From: Candidatus Saccharimonas sp.
Lineage (GTDB): Bacteria; Patescibacteriota; Saccharimonadia; Saccharimonadales; Saccharimonadaceae
NCBI GenBank assembly: GCA_049660945.1
Contig: JBASZO010000015.1
Span: 1,338 to 65,337, forward strand
Length of the DNA: 64,000 nt
Direction of reading: 5' to 3'
Within the stretch, counting starts at the first letter, position 1; each line of letters begins with the position of its first letter. Under the pieces are notes generated by a model, which did not search any database, was not told where the DNA came from, and was given only the letters and a program-made list of their open reading frames with translations. Positions 17,730 to 27,056 of the stretch are shown here, piece by piece. Made by a program: the position numbers and the translations under genes.

Positions 17730-19166
17730 ATGCACGAACTGCTCGCCATGCCGATGACGCTCATGGCGGATTCAAGCGCTGCCACGTCAGTGATGCACGC
17801 GTACATAGTGCCCGTTATGCGGATGCTGTGTGTCGTGGCGTCTTTGGCGTGTGCGTTCTTTATAGCCACAGGTGGCTATGCGTACATGACGAGCGCGGGC
17901 AAACCGGAGCAGCTTGATCACGCGAAACGAATTCTCAAGAACGCCGTCATCGGTCTGGTCATCGTCTTTGCCGCCGGAGCGCTTACGGCGATATTGGCGC
18001 ACGCATACGGCAACCCAAGTGCGGCGACGGGTACGTCATTGCCGAAGCTTCAGGCCGTATCGCCTGATCATGTATCTAACGGACTAGTCTCAGTACTCAT
18101 AAAGGCCGTGACAGGCTTCCTGAACAATATCATCCAGGCGGTCGCACAACCGTTCCTCGCGGCGCTTTCGTTCTTCACATCATCAACCGAACTCATGGCC
18201 AGCAACTCGGCAGTCTTCAACCTGTGGCTTGGCGTGGTCGCGATAGCGGATGCCCTGTTCATAATCGTTGTCGCGCTACTAGGCTTCCACGTGATGAGCG
18301 CTACGACGCTCGGTTTCGACGAAATAGAATTCAAACATCTGCTGCCACGCTTTGGCCTCGTCTTTTTAGCCATGAATACGTCGATTTTCATCATCGACGG
18401 CGTTATCGGCATCAGCAATGCCATGATAAGAGCCTTAAACGCAGCAGGAGGTGGCACATCGGTTTGGGGCGTCTTGTCCAATGTGGTAAAAGATGCCGAC
18501 GGACAAGGCGTCGCCGCACTACTCATCATGGTTACATTCCTGATATTCACTGTCATCCTGCTGGTGTACTACGTCGGCAGGCTCATAACGCTCTATGTGG
18601 GTGCCGTTCTGTCGCCAGCGGTCTTACTCGCTTGGCTAGTGCCTGGTTTTAGGGATTTTTCCGAAACTGCCGCGAAAACGTATCTCACCACCATATTCGT
18701 CTTGTTCGTCCACGTAGTGATTTTGGAACTGGCCGCTTCGCTGTTCAAGGGTATGTCGTCGGCAAGTGGCAACGCCCTCCCGGATACACTAATGGCGATG
18801 GTAACTGGCCTAGCGACGATTATAGCGCTGCTCAAAACACAGAGCGTCATGATGCAGTTCAGCTACGTCAGCCTTGGTCCGCGAAACATGCGAAAGCTTG
18901 GTGGTCAGTTCGTGAACGGCATTAGCTATATGGCAGGCAAAGGCAAAGCTGTAGCGGTAATTGCAGGCGAGACTTCCAAAAAGAATATCGGGCATGCTGC
19001 TGGCTCCTCGTATATCCCACGACCAAAGAAAGCCGAAGGAGTGACCGTCATCAGTAGCTCATCATCTCGGCCAGCCGCCAGTGCCACAAAGCCTAGGCCT
19101 AAGACCGGCTCGACCGTGGTAGCGCCAAAGGTAAAACCTAGCAGTACCAAAGGAGGTAAATCATGA
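17730..19166 (+). CDS. VirB6/TrbL-like polytopic membrane protein with an N-terminal pilin-like module
   Basis: The N-terminal ATGGYAYMTSAGKPEQLDHAKRIL duplicates the motif of the preceding pilin gene. At least 5 TM segments and a basic Ser/Pro/Lys tail follow. Confidence 0.65.
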   Translation: MHELLAMPMTLMADSSAATSVMHAYIVPVMRMLCVVASLACAFFIATGGYAYMTSAGKPEQLDHAKRILKNAVIGLVIVFAAGALTAILAHAYGNPSAATGTSLPKLQAVSPDHVSNGLVSVLIKAVTGFLNNIIQAVAQPFLAALSFFTSSTELMASNSAVFNLWLGVVAIADALFIIVVALLGFHVMSATTLGFDEIEFKHLLPRFGLVFLAMNTSIFIIDGVIGISNAMIRALNAAGGGTSVWGVLSNVVKDADGQGVAALLIMVTFLIFTVILLVYYVGRLITLYVGAVLSPAVLLAWLVPGFRDFSETAAKTYLTTIFVLFVHVVILELAASLFKGMSSASGNALPDTLMAMVTGLATIIALLKTQSVMMQFSYVSLGPRNMRKLGGQFVNGISYMAGKGKAVAVIAGETSKKNIGHAAGSSYIPRPKKAEGVTVISSSSSRPAASATKPRPKTGSTVVAPKVKPSSTKGGKS

Positions 19167-19678
19167 GGTCCACTGTCGTGCCGGCACAGGTAACTACCGT
19201 CGAAGACAAGGTTGCGGGCAATCTTGGCATGTCTCAGCTCATCCTGCTCGCTACGCCGGTGTTTATCGGCGGAATCTTGTATGTAATACTACCGCCTTTC
19301 ACACAGACCGCCACCTACAAGCTTGTGGCGATAGCGTTAGTATTAGTGATTTGCAGCATACTGGCAGTGCGTGTAAAAGGCGTCCTAGTTTTGCAATGGC
19401 TGCTGGTGCTAATGCGCTATCACACCCGACCGCGCTTCTACATATTCGACAAACGGAGTATGCACGGCCGCGCGGAAGCGCATGTACAGTACGAAGCCGA
19501 ACCGATAGACGAACGCGCCGAAGAGATAGTTAAAGTTCCGCATACGTCACTATTGTCGACTGCCGATGTCGTAAACCTACACGACATTATCGAAAACCCT
19601 GCCGCTAACTTGTCGTTTGAGACGAATAGGAAAGGAAAACTGTATGTCCGTATTACGGAAGTCAAACCGGAAATCTAG
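19163..19678 (+). CDS. PrgI-family (VirB3-like) membrane protein
   Basis: VPAQVTTVEDKVAGNLGMSQLILLATPVFIGGILYVILPP... fits the PrgI family N-terminus. Its position immediately upstream of VirB4 also fits. Confidence 0.7.
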   Translation: MRSTVVPAQVTTVEDKVAGNLGMSQLILLATPVFIGGILYVILPPFTQTATYKLVAIALVLVICSILAVRVKGVLVLQWLLVLMRYHTRPRFYIFDKRSMHGRAEAHVQYEAEPIDERAEEIVKVPHTSLLSTADVVNLHDIIENPAANLSFETNRKGKLYVRITEVKPEI

Positions 19679-20276
19679 TGCTCGCCAACAGATAGATATC
19701 AAAGGCGTCAAAGACGACATTTTACTCTTGCCGGGCCACAAGTACCGGATGGTGCTTGCCGTCTCCTCGGTGAACTTTGAGCTTAAGAGCGAAGACGAGC
19801 AAGACGCCATTATCGAGACATACGAGAGCTTCCTGAACTCGGTTGGCTGTCCTCTGCAAGTACTTGTCCGCACGCGCGAAATCGATATGGATAACTACCT
19901 AAACGACTTAAACGAGAGGGTCGGCAACGAGACCGTGCCGATTTATAAGCAGCAACTTCAGAACTACGATGAGTTTATCCGCTCGCTTATAGCCACGAAC
20001 AAAATCCTGACGAGACACTTCTATGTCGTGGTTCCGTACGATGCGACCGGCAAAGATGACTTCGACTTTGTGAGAGAACAGTTGGAACTGCGAATCGATA
20101 TCGTGCAGAAAGGCCTAGCCCGGCTGGGTATGCAATCACACACGCTGCGAAGCCTGGAAATCCTCGACCTGTTCTATACGTTCTACAACCCCGCGCAGGC
20201 CAAGTTGCAGCCGCTTACGCAGCAGGCTTTGGAGTTGCTGCACACCAGTTATGTACAGAAGGGGCAGACAATATGA
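19644..20276 (+). CDS. VirB4/PrgJ-type N-terminal domain encoded as a separate ORF
   Basis: QQIDIKGVKDDILLLPGHKYRMVLAVSSVNFELKSEDEQDAIIETYESFLNSVGCPLQVLVRTREIDMDNYL resembles the N-terminal region of Gram-positive VirB4 ATPases. RBS AGGAAAGGA. The stop overlaps the next ATG (ATGA). Confidence 0.6.
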   Translation: MSVLRKSNRKSSARQQIDIKGVKDDILLLPGHKYRMVLAVSSVNFELKSEDEQDAIIETYESFLNSVGCPLQVLVRTREIDMDNYLNDLNERVGNETVPIYKQQLQNYDEFIRSLIATNKILTRHFYVVVPYDATGKDDFDFVREQLELRIDIVQKGLARLGMQSHTLRSLEILDLFYTFYNPAQAKLQPLTQQALELLHTSYVQKGQTI

Positions 20277-22015
20277 CCATCCCGAATCCGGTAGTAGCCG
20301 CCAAAGAATGGAAACGGCAGCGCGACGAACGTCCCAAAGAACTAGCGTTGTCGTTTGGCGAACAAGATAACACCGACGTACTGTCATATGCCGGTCTCGA
20401 AGAACAGGCAGATTACCTCTGCATCGACGGTGTGTACCTGCGAACTCTGTTCGTTTCGGGCTATCCGTTTATCGCATCCAGTGGCTGGCTCGACACGCTC
20501 GTAAACTTCAACCACGATATCGATATCTCATACCACCTACACGAAGTCGACGCACTCCAGGCACTCCCGAAACTGCACCGCAAGATTACCGAACTGGAAT
20601 CGACCAAACGGGCGATGATACGTTCCGGCAAAATCGTCGGTTCGGAAGTCACCGATCCGCTTGAATCCGCTATGGAGCTGCGCGACAAAATCCAGCGCGG
20701 TCAGGAAAAACTATTCCAAATGAGCATCTATGTGGCGCTTCGAGCCGAAAGCCTTTCAGAGATCAACAAAGTCACAAAAATTCTGGAAACAACACTGTCG
20801 GCCAAGTTGTTTTATACCAAACCAGCCCGATATCAGCAGTTGGAAGCGCTACAATCCATACTCCCTCGCGCCGAAGACCAGCTCAGCCAGAAACGGAACC
20901 TAGATAGTTCGTCTGCAGCACTCACGTTTCCATTTATGTCATCTGAATTCGTCCAGGAATCAGGCATCCTCTACGGCGTCAACAAATCGAACAGCTCGCT
21001 CGTTATCCTCGACCGCTTCAGCCTTCATAATGCCAATTCCATCGTGTTTGCCCAATCCGGCTCCGGCAAGAGCTACGCGACCAAAGTAGAGATACTGCGT
21101 CAGCTCATGCAAGGCACCAAGGTGCTCGTCATCGACCCAGAGCGTGAGTACAAGCTGTTGAGCGAGTCTGTCGGAGGTACCTATATAAAACTTTCGGCCA
21201 AGAGTAAAGAGAAAATCAATCCCTTCGACCTGGCGACTACCTACCGCACTCGAAATGACCTGTCCGAGCATATCCAAAACCTGACCGAGGTAATTAGCCT
21301 AATGGCGGAAGGACTAGACGCGAGCGAAAAAGCGGCACTCGACAAGGTACTCATCGCACTCTACAAGAGTAAACGCAAGAAGCAACCGATACTCAGCGAC
21401 CTTTACCACGAATTGAAACTGTTGGAGCAGATGAGCCTTTGCACCCGTCTGGAAAAATACGTGCACGGCTCACTTGCCAGTGTCTTCAACGCACAGTCCA
21501 ATATCGAACTCAAGAACCGGCTTGTCATCTTCGACATTAAAGATTTGCCAGAATCTTTACGACAGATCATGATGCTCATCATCTCTAACTTCGTCGAGAA
21601 CCAGGTGAAGGCGCAGCCGGAGAAACGGCTACTGATTATCGATGAAGGCTGGCTGCTACTAGAACATGAGGAAAGTGCTCGGTTCGTGGCTGGGCTAGTG
21701 CGACGGGCGCGTAAATACTACTTGGGCGTTTCTATCATTTCGCAGCAGGCGAACGACTTCTTGCATAGCGATTATGGCCGTGCCATTGCATCGCAAAGTG
21801 CACTCCGCATACTGATGCGCCAGGACACAACCACCATAAAGAACGTGGTGTCTGAGTTCAACTTGAGCGAATACGAGCAGAGCTTCTTGCTGACATGCGA
21901 ACGGGGCGATGCGCTCATCATTGCCGACCAGAACCACGTCGCAGTCAAAGTGGTCGCATCTGACAAAGAGCATCCGCTCATTACTACTAATCCGTCGGAG
22001 ATATATAGCACTTGA
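20273..22015 (+). CDS. virB4: VirB4-family T4SS ATPase (central and C-terminal ATPase part)
   Basis: IDGVYLRTLFVSGYP block. Walker A AQSGSGKSY. Walker B LLIIDEGWLLL. Also YYLGVSIISQ. Confidence 0.85.
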   Translation: MTIPNPVVAAKEWKRQRDERPKELALSFGEQDNTDVLSYAGLEEQADYLCIDGVYLRTLFVSGYPFIASSGWLDTLVNFNHDIDISYHLHEVDALQALPKLHRKITELESTKRAMIRSGKIVGSEVTDPLESAMELRDKIQRGQEKLFQMSIYVALRAESLSEINKVTKILETTLSAKLFYTKPARYQQLEALQSILPRAEDQLSQKRNLDSSSAALTFPFMSSEFVQESGILYGVNKSNSSLVILDRFSLHNANSIVFAQSGSGKSYATKVEILRQLMQGTKVLVIDPEREYKLLSESVGGTYIKLSAKSKEKINPFDLATTYRTRNDLSEHIQNLTEVISLMAEGLDASEKAALDKVLIALYKSKRKKQPILSDLYHELKLLEQMSLCTRLEKYVHGSLASVFNAQSNIELKNRLVIFDIKDLPESLRQIMMLIISNFVENQVKAQPEKRLLIIDEGWLLLEHEESARFVAGLVRRARKYYLGVSIISQQANDFLHSDYGRAIASQSALRILMRQDTTTIKNVVSEFNLSEYEQSFLLTCERGDALIIADQNHVAVKVVASDKEHPLITTNPSEIYST

Positions 22016-22554
22016 ATCCTGTACTTATACTGACTATATCTGGAACATCTAAAAAACAGCTCATGACCGTGCTGGCCGTACTCACTGTCGTAGTAGCCCT
22101 GCCATTTATGGCTGTGTTCTCGCTGGGAGATGACGCACTATCGTTCCTGTCGAACAGCGACGGTAGTGATACTGTGTACGCCGTATCGACCGACGTACAA
22201 GGTTTTTACGAAGGGCCGGAAATCGCTGGTGATACCTATGCTTGGGGAAACTGTACGTATTGGGCGTTTGCGCTGCGGCTTAAGGCTGGGAGCCCCATTC
22301 CGACTACGTGGGGCAACGCGAATACCTGGGACGACCGCGCAAAAACCGACGGCTACCTCGTTGACCATATACCGACAGCCGGAGCAGTCTATCAAACAGA
22401 CTCGGGCGACTTAGGGCATGTCGCATATGTAAGCGCCGTAGACCCTACTACAGGCGACTGGACAATATCCGAAATGAACGTCAAAGGCCTGAACATCGTC
22501 GATACCCGAACCTTCAAAGCAGCTACCGCCCAATTCTTCAACTTCATCCATTAG
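22012..22554 (+). CDS. CHAP-domain peptidoglycan hydrolase with an N-terminal membrane anchor (T4SS-associated lytic enzyme)
   Basis: YAWGNCTYWAF (catalytic Cys) and GHVAYVSAV (His). Last gene of the operon. Confidence 0.8.
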   Translation: MNPVLILTISGTSKKQLMTVLAVLTVVVALPFMAVFSLGDDALSFLSNSDGSDTVYAVSTDVQGFYEGPEIAGDTYAWGNCTYWAFALRLKAGSPIPTTWGNANTWDDRAKTDGYLVDHIPTAGAVYQTDSGDLGHVAYVSAVDPTTGDWTISEMNVKGLNIVDTRTFKAATAQFFNFIH

Positions 22555-22600
22555 GGGTCGTTGCATTGACAGCAAGGCATTTTATTGACATAATATACTT

Positions 22601-23542
22601 ATGAGTGTTCCCTATTCTCATGACATACCACCACTTATAGAAGTTAGCGAATTGCCAGCTGACCCTGCTGTGCTGCTCCAAGATCGAGGCTATGCGTTCT
22701 GGAACAGCGAGCCGACTGGTGTCTGGGCACCTAAGGCCACTGAAACGCTCAATGCAATACAGCAGGGAGCCGATATCGTAACACTGAGCGGTCGCAATGG
22801 TGTCGGTAAAACTATGCAGTTCTTACGATTGCTCGAGTGGACATTGGATGACCGCATTATCATGCATCAAGCGCAGGAAGCAGCACACTATAACTATGTC
22901 TCAGACACAGAATTCGTAGTGCTCGACGAGTTTACTAAACCGGCGGCGGAAAACCGTACAGAACTTGTTAACTATATGGCAACGCAGCTTCTCGAAACCC
23001 CAACCGTCGTCATTGCACCAGCTGTTACGCGACGGTTGCGTCGAGATAATCTCGATGCAACTATCGATGCGCTTGCTTTACGGCGCCCTAACTTGGCCGT
23101 ACACGATTTAGGTGACGTAAATATTGCTCCGGTGAGCATTGAGGCCGCAACTGTTGCCTTGAAGGCCGTAGAGGTTGATGAAGAAGCAATCGCTTTCTTT
23201 GCAACGCAAAGTGCCCTGCGAAATGCCCGATTATTTGAGAGGCTCGTATTTTCACCCAGCACGCTACAAGATAACGAACAGCTTAGAACAGCTGATGGAA
23301 TGGTTGAGCTACTGACTGCCTTAACTCGAAGAGGGAGAATGAGAGGCGATCATTATAGAAACGCGATCGCTTCCAGTGTCATGCCAATAGGCTCGGAGGA
23401 TGAGGATCACGTCTTATTCCGAGCGAATGAATTCACGACCGACCAGGCAATTGAGATGTACAATTTCCTAGGCGTGCCACTGCCATCTCGCTACGCATTT
23501 GATGTTGATGAGCTTGGTTTTGATCCTTACGATAAGAACTAG
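22601..23542 (+). CDS. Orphan P-loop ATPase (313 aa), function unknown
   Basis: Walker A LSGRNGVGKT and Walker B EFVVLDEF. It has its own promoter, TTGACA (22566-71)-17-CATAAT (22589-94), ending only 6 nt before the ATG. Confidence 0.55.
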   Translation: MSVPYSHDIPPLIEVSELPADPAVLLQDRGYAFWNSEPTGVWAPKATETLNAIQQGADIVTLSGRNGVGKTMQFLRLLEWTLDDRIIMHQAQEAAHYNYVSDTEFVVLDEFTKPAAENRTELVNYMATQLLETPTVVIAPAVTRRLRRDNLDATIDALALRRPNLAVHDLGDVNIAPVSIEAATVALKAVEVDEEAIAFFATQSALRNARLFERLVFSPSTLQDNEQLRTADGMVELLTALTRRGRMRGDHYRNAIASSVMPIGSEDEDHVLFRANEFTTDQAIEMYNFLGVPLPSRYAFDVDELGFDPYDKN

Positions 23543-23742
23543 AGTTCTAATCGTCCGCACCCACACCTTCAAAGTCGCCAATGCCAATTTCTACAACCTC
23601 ATTCATTGATTCGCTGCATTTTCTACACTATCTAGCGCAAGCAGCGAATGCTACTGTAGAAACAAGCTCGTGAGGCTTAGGACTTGTCAGAATGCGTAGC
23701 ATCTGATGAAACAAAAACATACAAAAACAAGGAGGGTTATAT

Positions 23743-24417
23743 ATGGCTGAAACACACCCGAGTGGTATCCCAGAAGCGGTGCTTAACAAAGTAATTCCAC
23801 GTCGGGGGCGTATGCACGCGTATCCGACACTAAATCCTGCGAACACTGCGCTGGTAGTTATCGATTTTGATACGGGCTCTGTGACACATGGCACGACAGA
23901 AGAGATACGGTCTTTTATGCCATTAGTCAATTCCTTGGCCAAGACCGTGCGGGAACATGGTGGCACTGTCGCCTGGGTTACGACGCCTATTGCAAAAGCT
24001 ACGAAAAATATGCGTGCCGTCTACGGTGAAGCATTTACAAAAATGAATGAGGAAGAAGGCGCCGAAGGTGGAACAGCTCATACCGTATGGCACGAGCTCG
24101 ATGCGCTTCCAGATGATGTGTATGCCACCAAGCAAGGTGCCAGCGCGTTCTTCCCTGGCAAAAGCAACTTACATGAACAGTTGCAGAAGCGCGGCGTTAC
24201 ATCGCTGCTTATCGCAGGGCTGGTTACGAACGTTTGTTGTGAATCAAGCGCTCGTGATGCCTGCGAACTAGAGTACGAAGTTACCATGGTGAGCGACTGC
24301 TTGTGGGGACATAAAGAAGGTCAGCACGATGCTACGCTTGCAACCTTCTACCGAAACTTTGGTGATGTAAGGCCGTCCTCTAACATTCAAAGCCTGATAA
24401 CTGAATCGACAATGTAA
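23743..24417 (+). CDS. Isochorismatase-family cysteine hydrolase
   Basis: ALVVIDFD, and LLIAGLVTNVCCESSARDA containing the catalytic Cys. Confidence 0.8.
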   Translation: MAETHPSGIPEAVLNKVIPRRGRMHAYPTLNPANTALVVIDFDTGSVTHGTTEEIRSFMPLVNSLAKTVREHGGTVAWVTTPIAKATKNMRAVYGEAFTKMNEEEGAEGGTAHTVWHELDALPDDVYATKQGASAFFPGKSNLHEQLQKRGVTSLLIAGLVTNVCCESSARDACELEYEVTMVSDCLWGHKEGQHDATLATFYRNFGDVRPSSNIQSLITESTM

Positions 24418-24438
24418 ATGATATGAAAGGAGCCTAGT

Positions 24439-25362
24439 ATGTTACCACCAAGATTAATGCCGGGAGACCATGTACGATTCGTATCGCCAGCTAGTCCCGT
24501 TCCACGAGATGGTCTCAACGCTCAAGTCCTACAGGACATGGGCTTGGTCGTTGAATACGGAGAACATGTCTATGATGTAGACGATAGTCTTGATTACCTC
24601 GCCGGTACAGACGAAGATCGGTTAGCGGATATAAATGAAGCCCTCCGTGACCCAGATGTCAAAGCTATCATAGCTACGCGTGGTGGCAAGGGTGCATACC
24701 GCATTGCTGACGGCTTGGATTTTGAAGCTGCCCGTAAACACCCCAAGCTCTTAATAGGTTTTAGTGAAATTACCATCTTACACATGGCGCTTCTAAAACA
24801 TTGTGGACTTGTAGGTTTACACGGCGCACCTTGGGATGAGAGTTTCGGTAAGGAGACTGCTGCATCATTCGTAAAAGCCGTAACGACTACAGAGCCAGTG
24901 ATAGTCCGCACTACGACCGACGAACATACTCACACATTAACCACTCACGGCAAAGCCGAGGGCATACTCATCGGTGGCAATCAGGACTCAATCGCCACAG
25001 GCGCAGGATGGGCGTTACCGAGCTTTGATAAGGCGATATTACTTATCGAGGCAGTTAATTTACGCCTTGGCCATATTGACCGACAACTTACGATGCTCAT
25101 AAAAACTGGGATTATACGGAATATTGTTGGTATCGCCATCGGGCAGTACACGGACTGCGGAAGCGCTACTGAACCTACGACCGATGTTAACTGCAACGAA
25201 ATTGACATTTTGCGTGACCGTTTTGGATTACTGGATGTTCCGGTCTTAGGTGGTTTACCCATAGGACACGGTAAGAATCCTATCGCCATACCAATCGGCA
25301 CTATGGCCACCCTAGATGCTGACAAGGGTTTACTGACTGTAGGTGCTGGAGTTAAGGACTAA
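24439..25362 (+). CDS. ldcA: LD-carboxypeptidase (peptidase S66)
   Basis: GDHVRFVSPASP, GFSEITILH (Ser nucleophile), GGLPIGHG. Confidence 0.8.
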   Translation: MLPPRLMPGDHVRFVSPASPVPRDGLNAQVLQDMGLVVEYGEHVYDVDDSLDYLAGTDEDRLADINEALRDPDVKAIIATRGGKGAYRIADGLDFEAARKHPKLLIGFSEITILHMALLKHCGLVGLHGAPWDESFGKETAASFVKAVTTTEPVIVRTTTDEHTHTLTTHGKAEGILIGGNQDSIATGAGWALPSFDKAILLIEAVNLRLGHIDRQLTMLIKTGIIRNIVGIAIGQYTDCGSATEPTTDVNCNEIDILRDRFGLLDVPVLGGLPIGHGKNPIAIPIGTMATLDADKGLLTVGAGVKD

Positions 25363-25409
25363 CCGCATTTTCAAAGCAGCGACCAGAGGTATTAAGGTAT
25401 AATCAAGCA

Positions 25410-25997
25410 ATGAGCGAAGGCACTACCATGACCAACGAGTTTGATAAACACACAATCATAGAACGAGCCGTAACCGAAGATGCCGAGGCGGTGTGTGATG
25501 TACTGCGGCAAACTTGGCTAGATACCTACCCTAACAAAGAAGCGGGCATTAGCTATGAAGACATTAAGCTGCGTATTGAAGGCGTGAATGGGGAGCGTAT
25601 ACCCAGAAACATTGAGCGCTGGAGAAAAAGTATTGAGTCAACAGATGGCACTAGGGCAGTTTATGTGGCTCGGATTGATGGCAAAGTCTCAGGAGTGGTA
25701 GCACCTGGCTTTATTGAAGGACAACGCAGGATAGGTGCTATATATGTACTGCCGGAAGCACAAGGCAAAGGCATTGGAAGTCAGCTCATGCAGAAAGCAC
25801 TGGAATGGCATGGTGACAAAGAAGACATATATCTATTAGTTGCCAGCTACAATCAACACGCGATTGATTTTTACAAACGGTTTGGCTTTGAGCAAACCGA
25901 CAATCCTGTAGTGGACACGGGTGATGTATATGGTAATACACAGATACCCGAAATTGAAATGGTACGCAAAGCACCTACGCATAGCTCAGCGCCTTAA
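25410..25997 (+). CDS. GNAT-family N-acetyltransferase
   Basis: Acetyl-CoA motif AQGKGIGSQLMQKAL, plus AIDFYKRFGF. Confidence 0.8.
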   Translation: MSEGTTMTNEFDKHTIIERAVTEDAEAVCDVLRQTWLDTYPNKEAGISYEDIKLRIEGVNGERIPRNIERWRKSIESTDGTRAVYVARIDGKVSGVVAPGFIEGQRRIGAIYVLPEAQGKGIGSQLMQKALEWHGDKEDIYLLVASYNQHAIDFYKRFGFEQTDNPVVDTGDVYGNTQIPEIEMVRKAPTHSSAP

Positions 25998-26471
25998 TTA
26001 CTCGCTACTATGTTCTGCAAAGTATGCTCGTAGCTTTTCAGCATAAGGAAGCCTTGCTCGTGCATCCACAAAACCCTGCTGGTCATGATTCTTATATAAC
26101 TGGTCATCTTTATAGCGTGGGTACACGTGAGCATGAAAATGCCACACGTCTTGATTACCGGCAGGTTCGTTATGCTGTCGGGTGGAAGTTCCGTAGCAAT
26201 CATATGCGCTGCGGATGGCTGTAGCAACTTTCTTCACGGTCATATACACCTCACCGAGTATATCGTTTGGGATAGTGTAGATGTTTTCGTGATGGGCATT
26301 AGGTATGACTAGCACATGTCCGGTGTTATTCTTCCACCACTTAGGTGCTACAAAGGCTGTCGTGAACTCATTCTGGAATACAATATCTTGTTTTTTATTG
26401 TATTCAGTTTCTTTACCGGCTAAAAATTCACAAAAAGGACAAACATAATTTTCGGGCTGGTGGGTAATCAT
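25998..26471 (-). CDS. HIT-family nucleotide hydrolase/transferase
   Basis: CPFCEF zinc motif, HVLVIPNAHH, histidine triad HFHAHVYPR. Confidence 0.8.
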   Translation of the reverse strand: MITHQPENYVCPFCEFLAGKETEYNKKQDIVFQNEFTTAFVAPKWWKNNTGHVLVIPNAHHENIYTIPNDILGEVYMTVKKVATAIRSAYDCYGTSTRQHNEPAGNQDVWHFHAHVYPRYKDDQLYKNHDQQGFVDARARLPYAEKLRAYFAEHSSE

Positions 26472-26569
26472 ATAACGTATTATACAAGACCGGCACTAGT
26501 ATCAGTATTTGGTTGCATACCTTGAAGCGGTGTAACCATCGCCACCTTAGCCGTATTTCGCAACAATAG

Positions 26570-26947
26570 CTATGGGGCTAATGTTTTGAATGCTTCAATA
26601 GCTGATAGCAAATCTGCGTATGACTCAAAGCGGTTTTGTTCAGTGATAACTGGTGCAAATTCCGCCAGGACGGACGCTTCTTCCTCCTCGGTCAAATTTA
26701 GGTAAAACTTATGCTCCCCATTCTCGAGCTCGGGACGATACACAATGAAATATCCATCAATTGACCCATCGCCAACAAATAAATCAAGATTAGCTCCGTC
26801 TTCGCCGGTGTAGCCTTCAATATCGCCATAATCTACGGGGTACGTCACGCCCTTTAGTGGATAGTCAGAATTTGCTGTGCCAAAATCTTTATATTCGCCA
26901 GCCTTTTTCTCGACTCGGAAAGTATCAAAAGGCTTTTCTAAACTCAT
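26570..26947 (-). CDS. Short inorganic-pyrophosphatase-like protein
   Basis: YPVDYGDIEGYTGEDGANLDLFV resembles the family I PPase block YPxxYGxIPxTxxxDGDPxDxxV. At 125 aa the protein is shorter than a canonical PPase. Confidence 0.4.
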   Translation of the reverse strand: MSLEKPFDTFRVEKKAGEYKDFGTANSDYPLKGVTYPVDYGDIEGYTGEDGANLDLFVGDGSIDGYFIVYRPELENGEHKFYLNLTEEEEASVLAEFAPVITEQNRFESYADLLSAIEAFKTLAP

Positions 26948-27056
26948 AGCTAAATCATAGCAAAGTTAATAGTTTTTCTCGAGGGACTTGTGGAAATCCG
27001 CTACAAATGAGTATTATATCTGTAAGTTATCTATAGCTGGTGGGCGTAAGAGAGGG

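Noticed and set aside
23703-23709. CUGAUGA heptamer on the plus strand upstream of the isochorismatase gene. A second occurs on the minus strand at 2732-2738.
   Set aside because: Neither is followed by a stem II hairpin plus GAAA, and neither has flanking complementary stems I and III. These are chance occurrences, not hammerheads.
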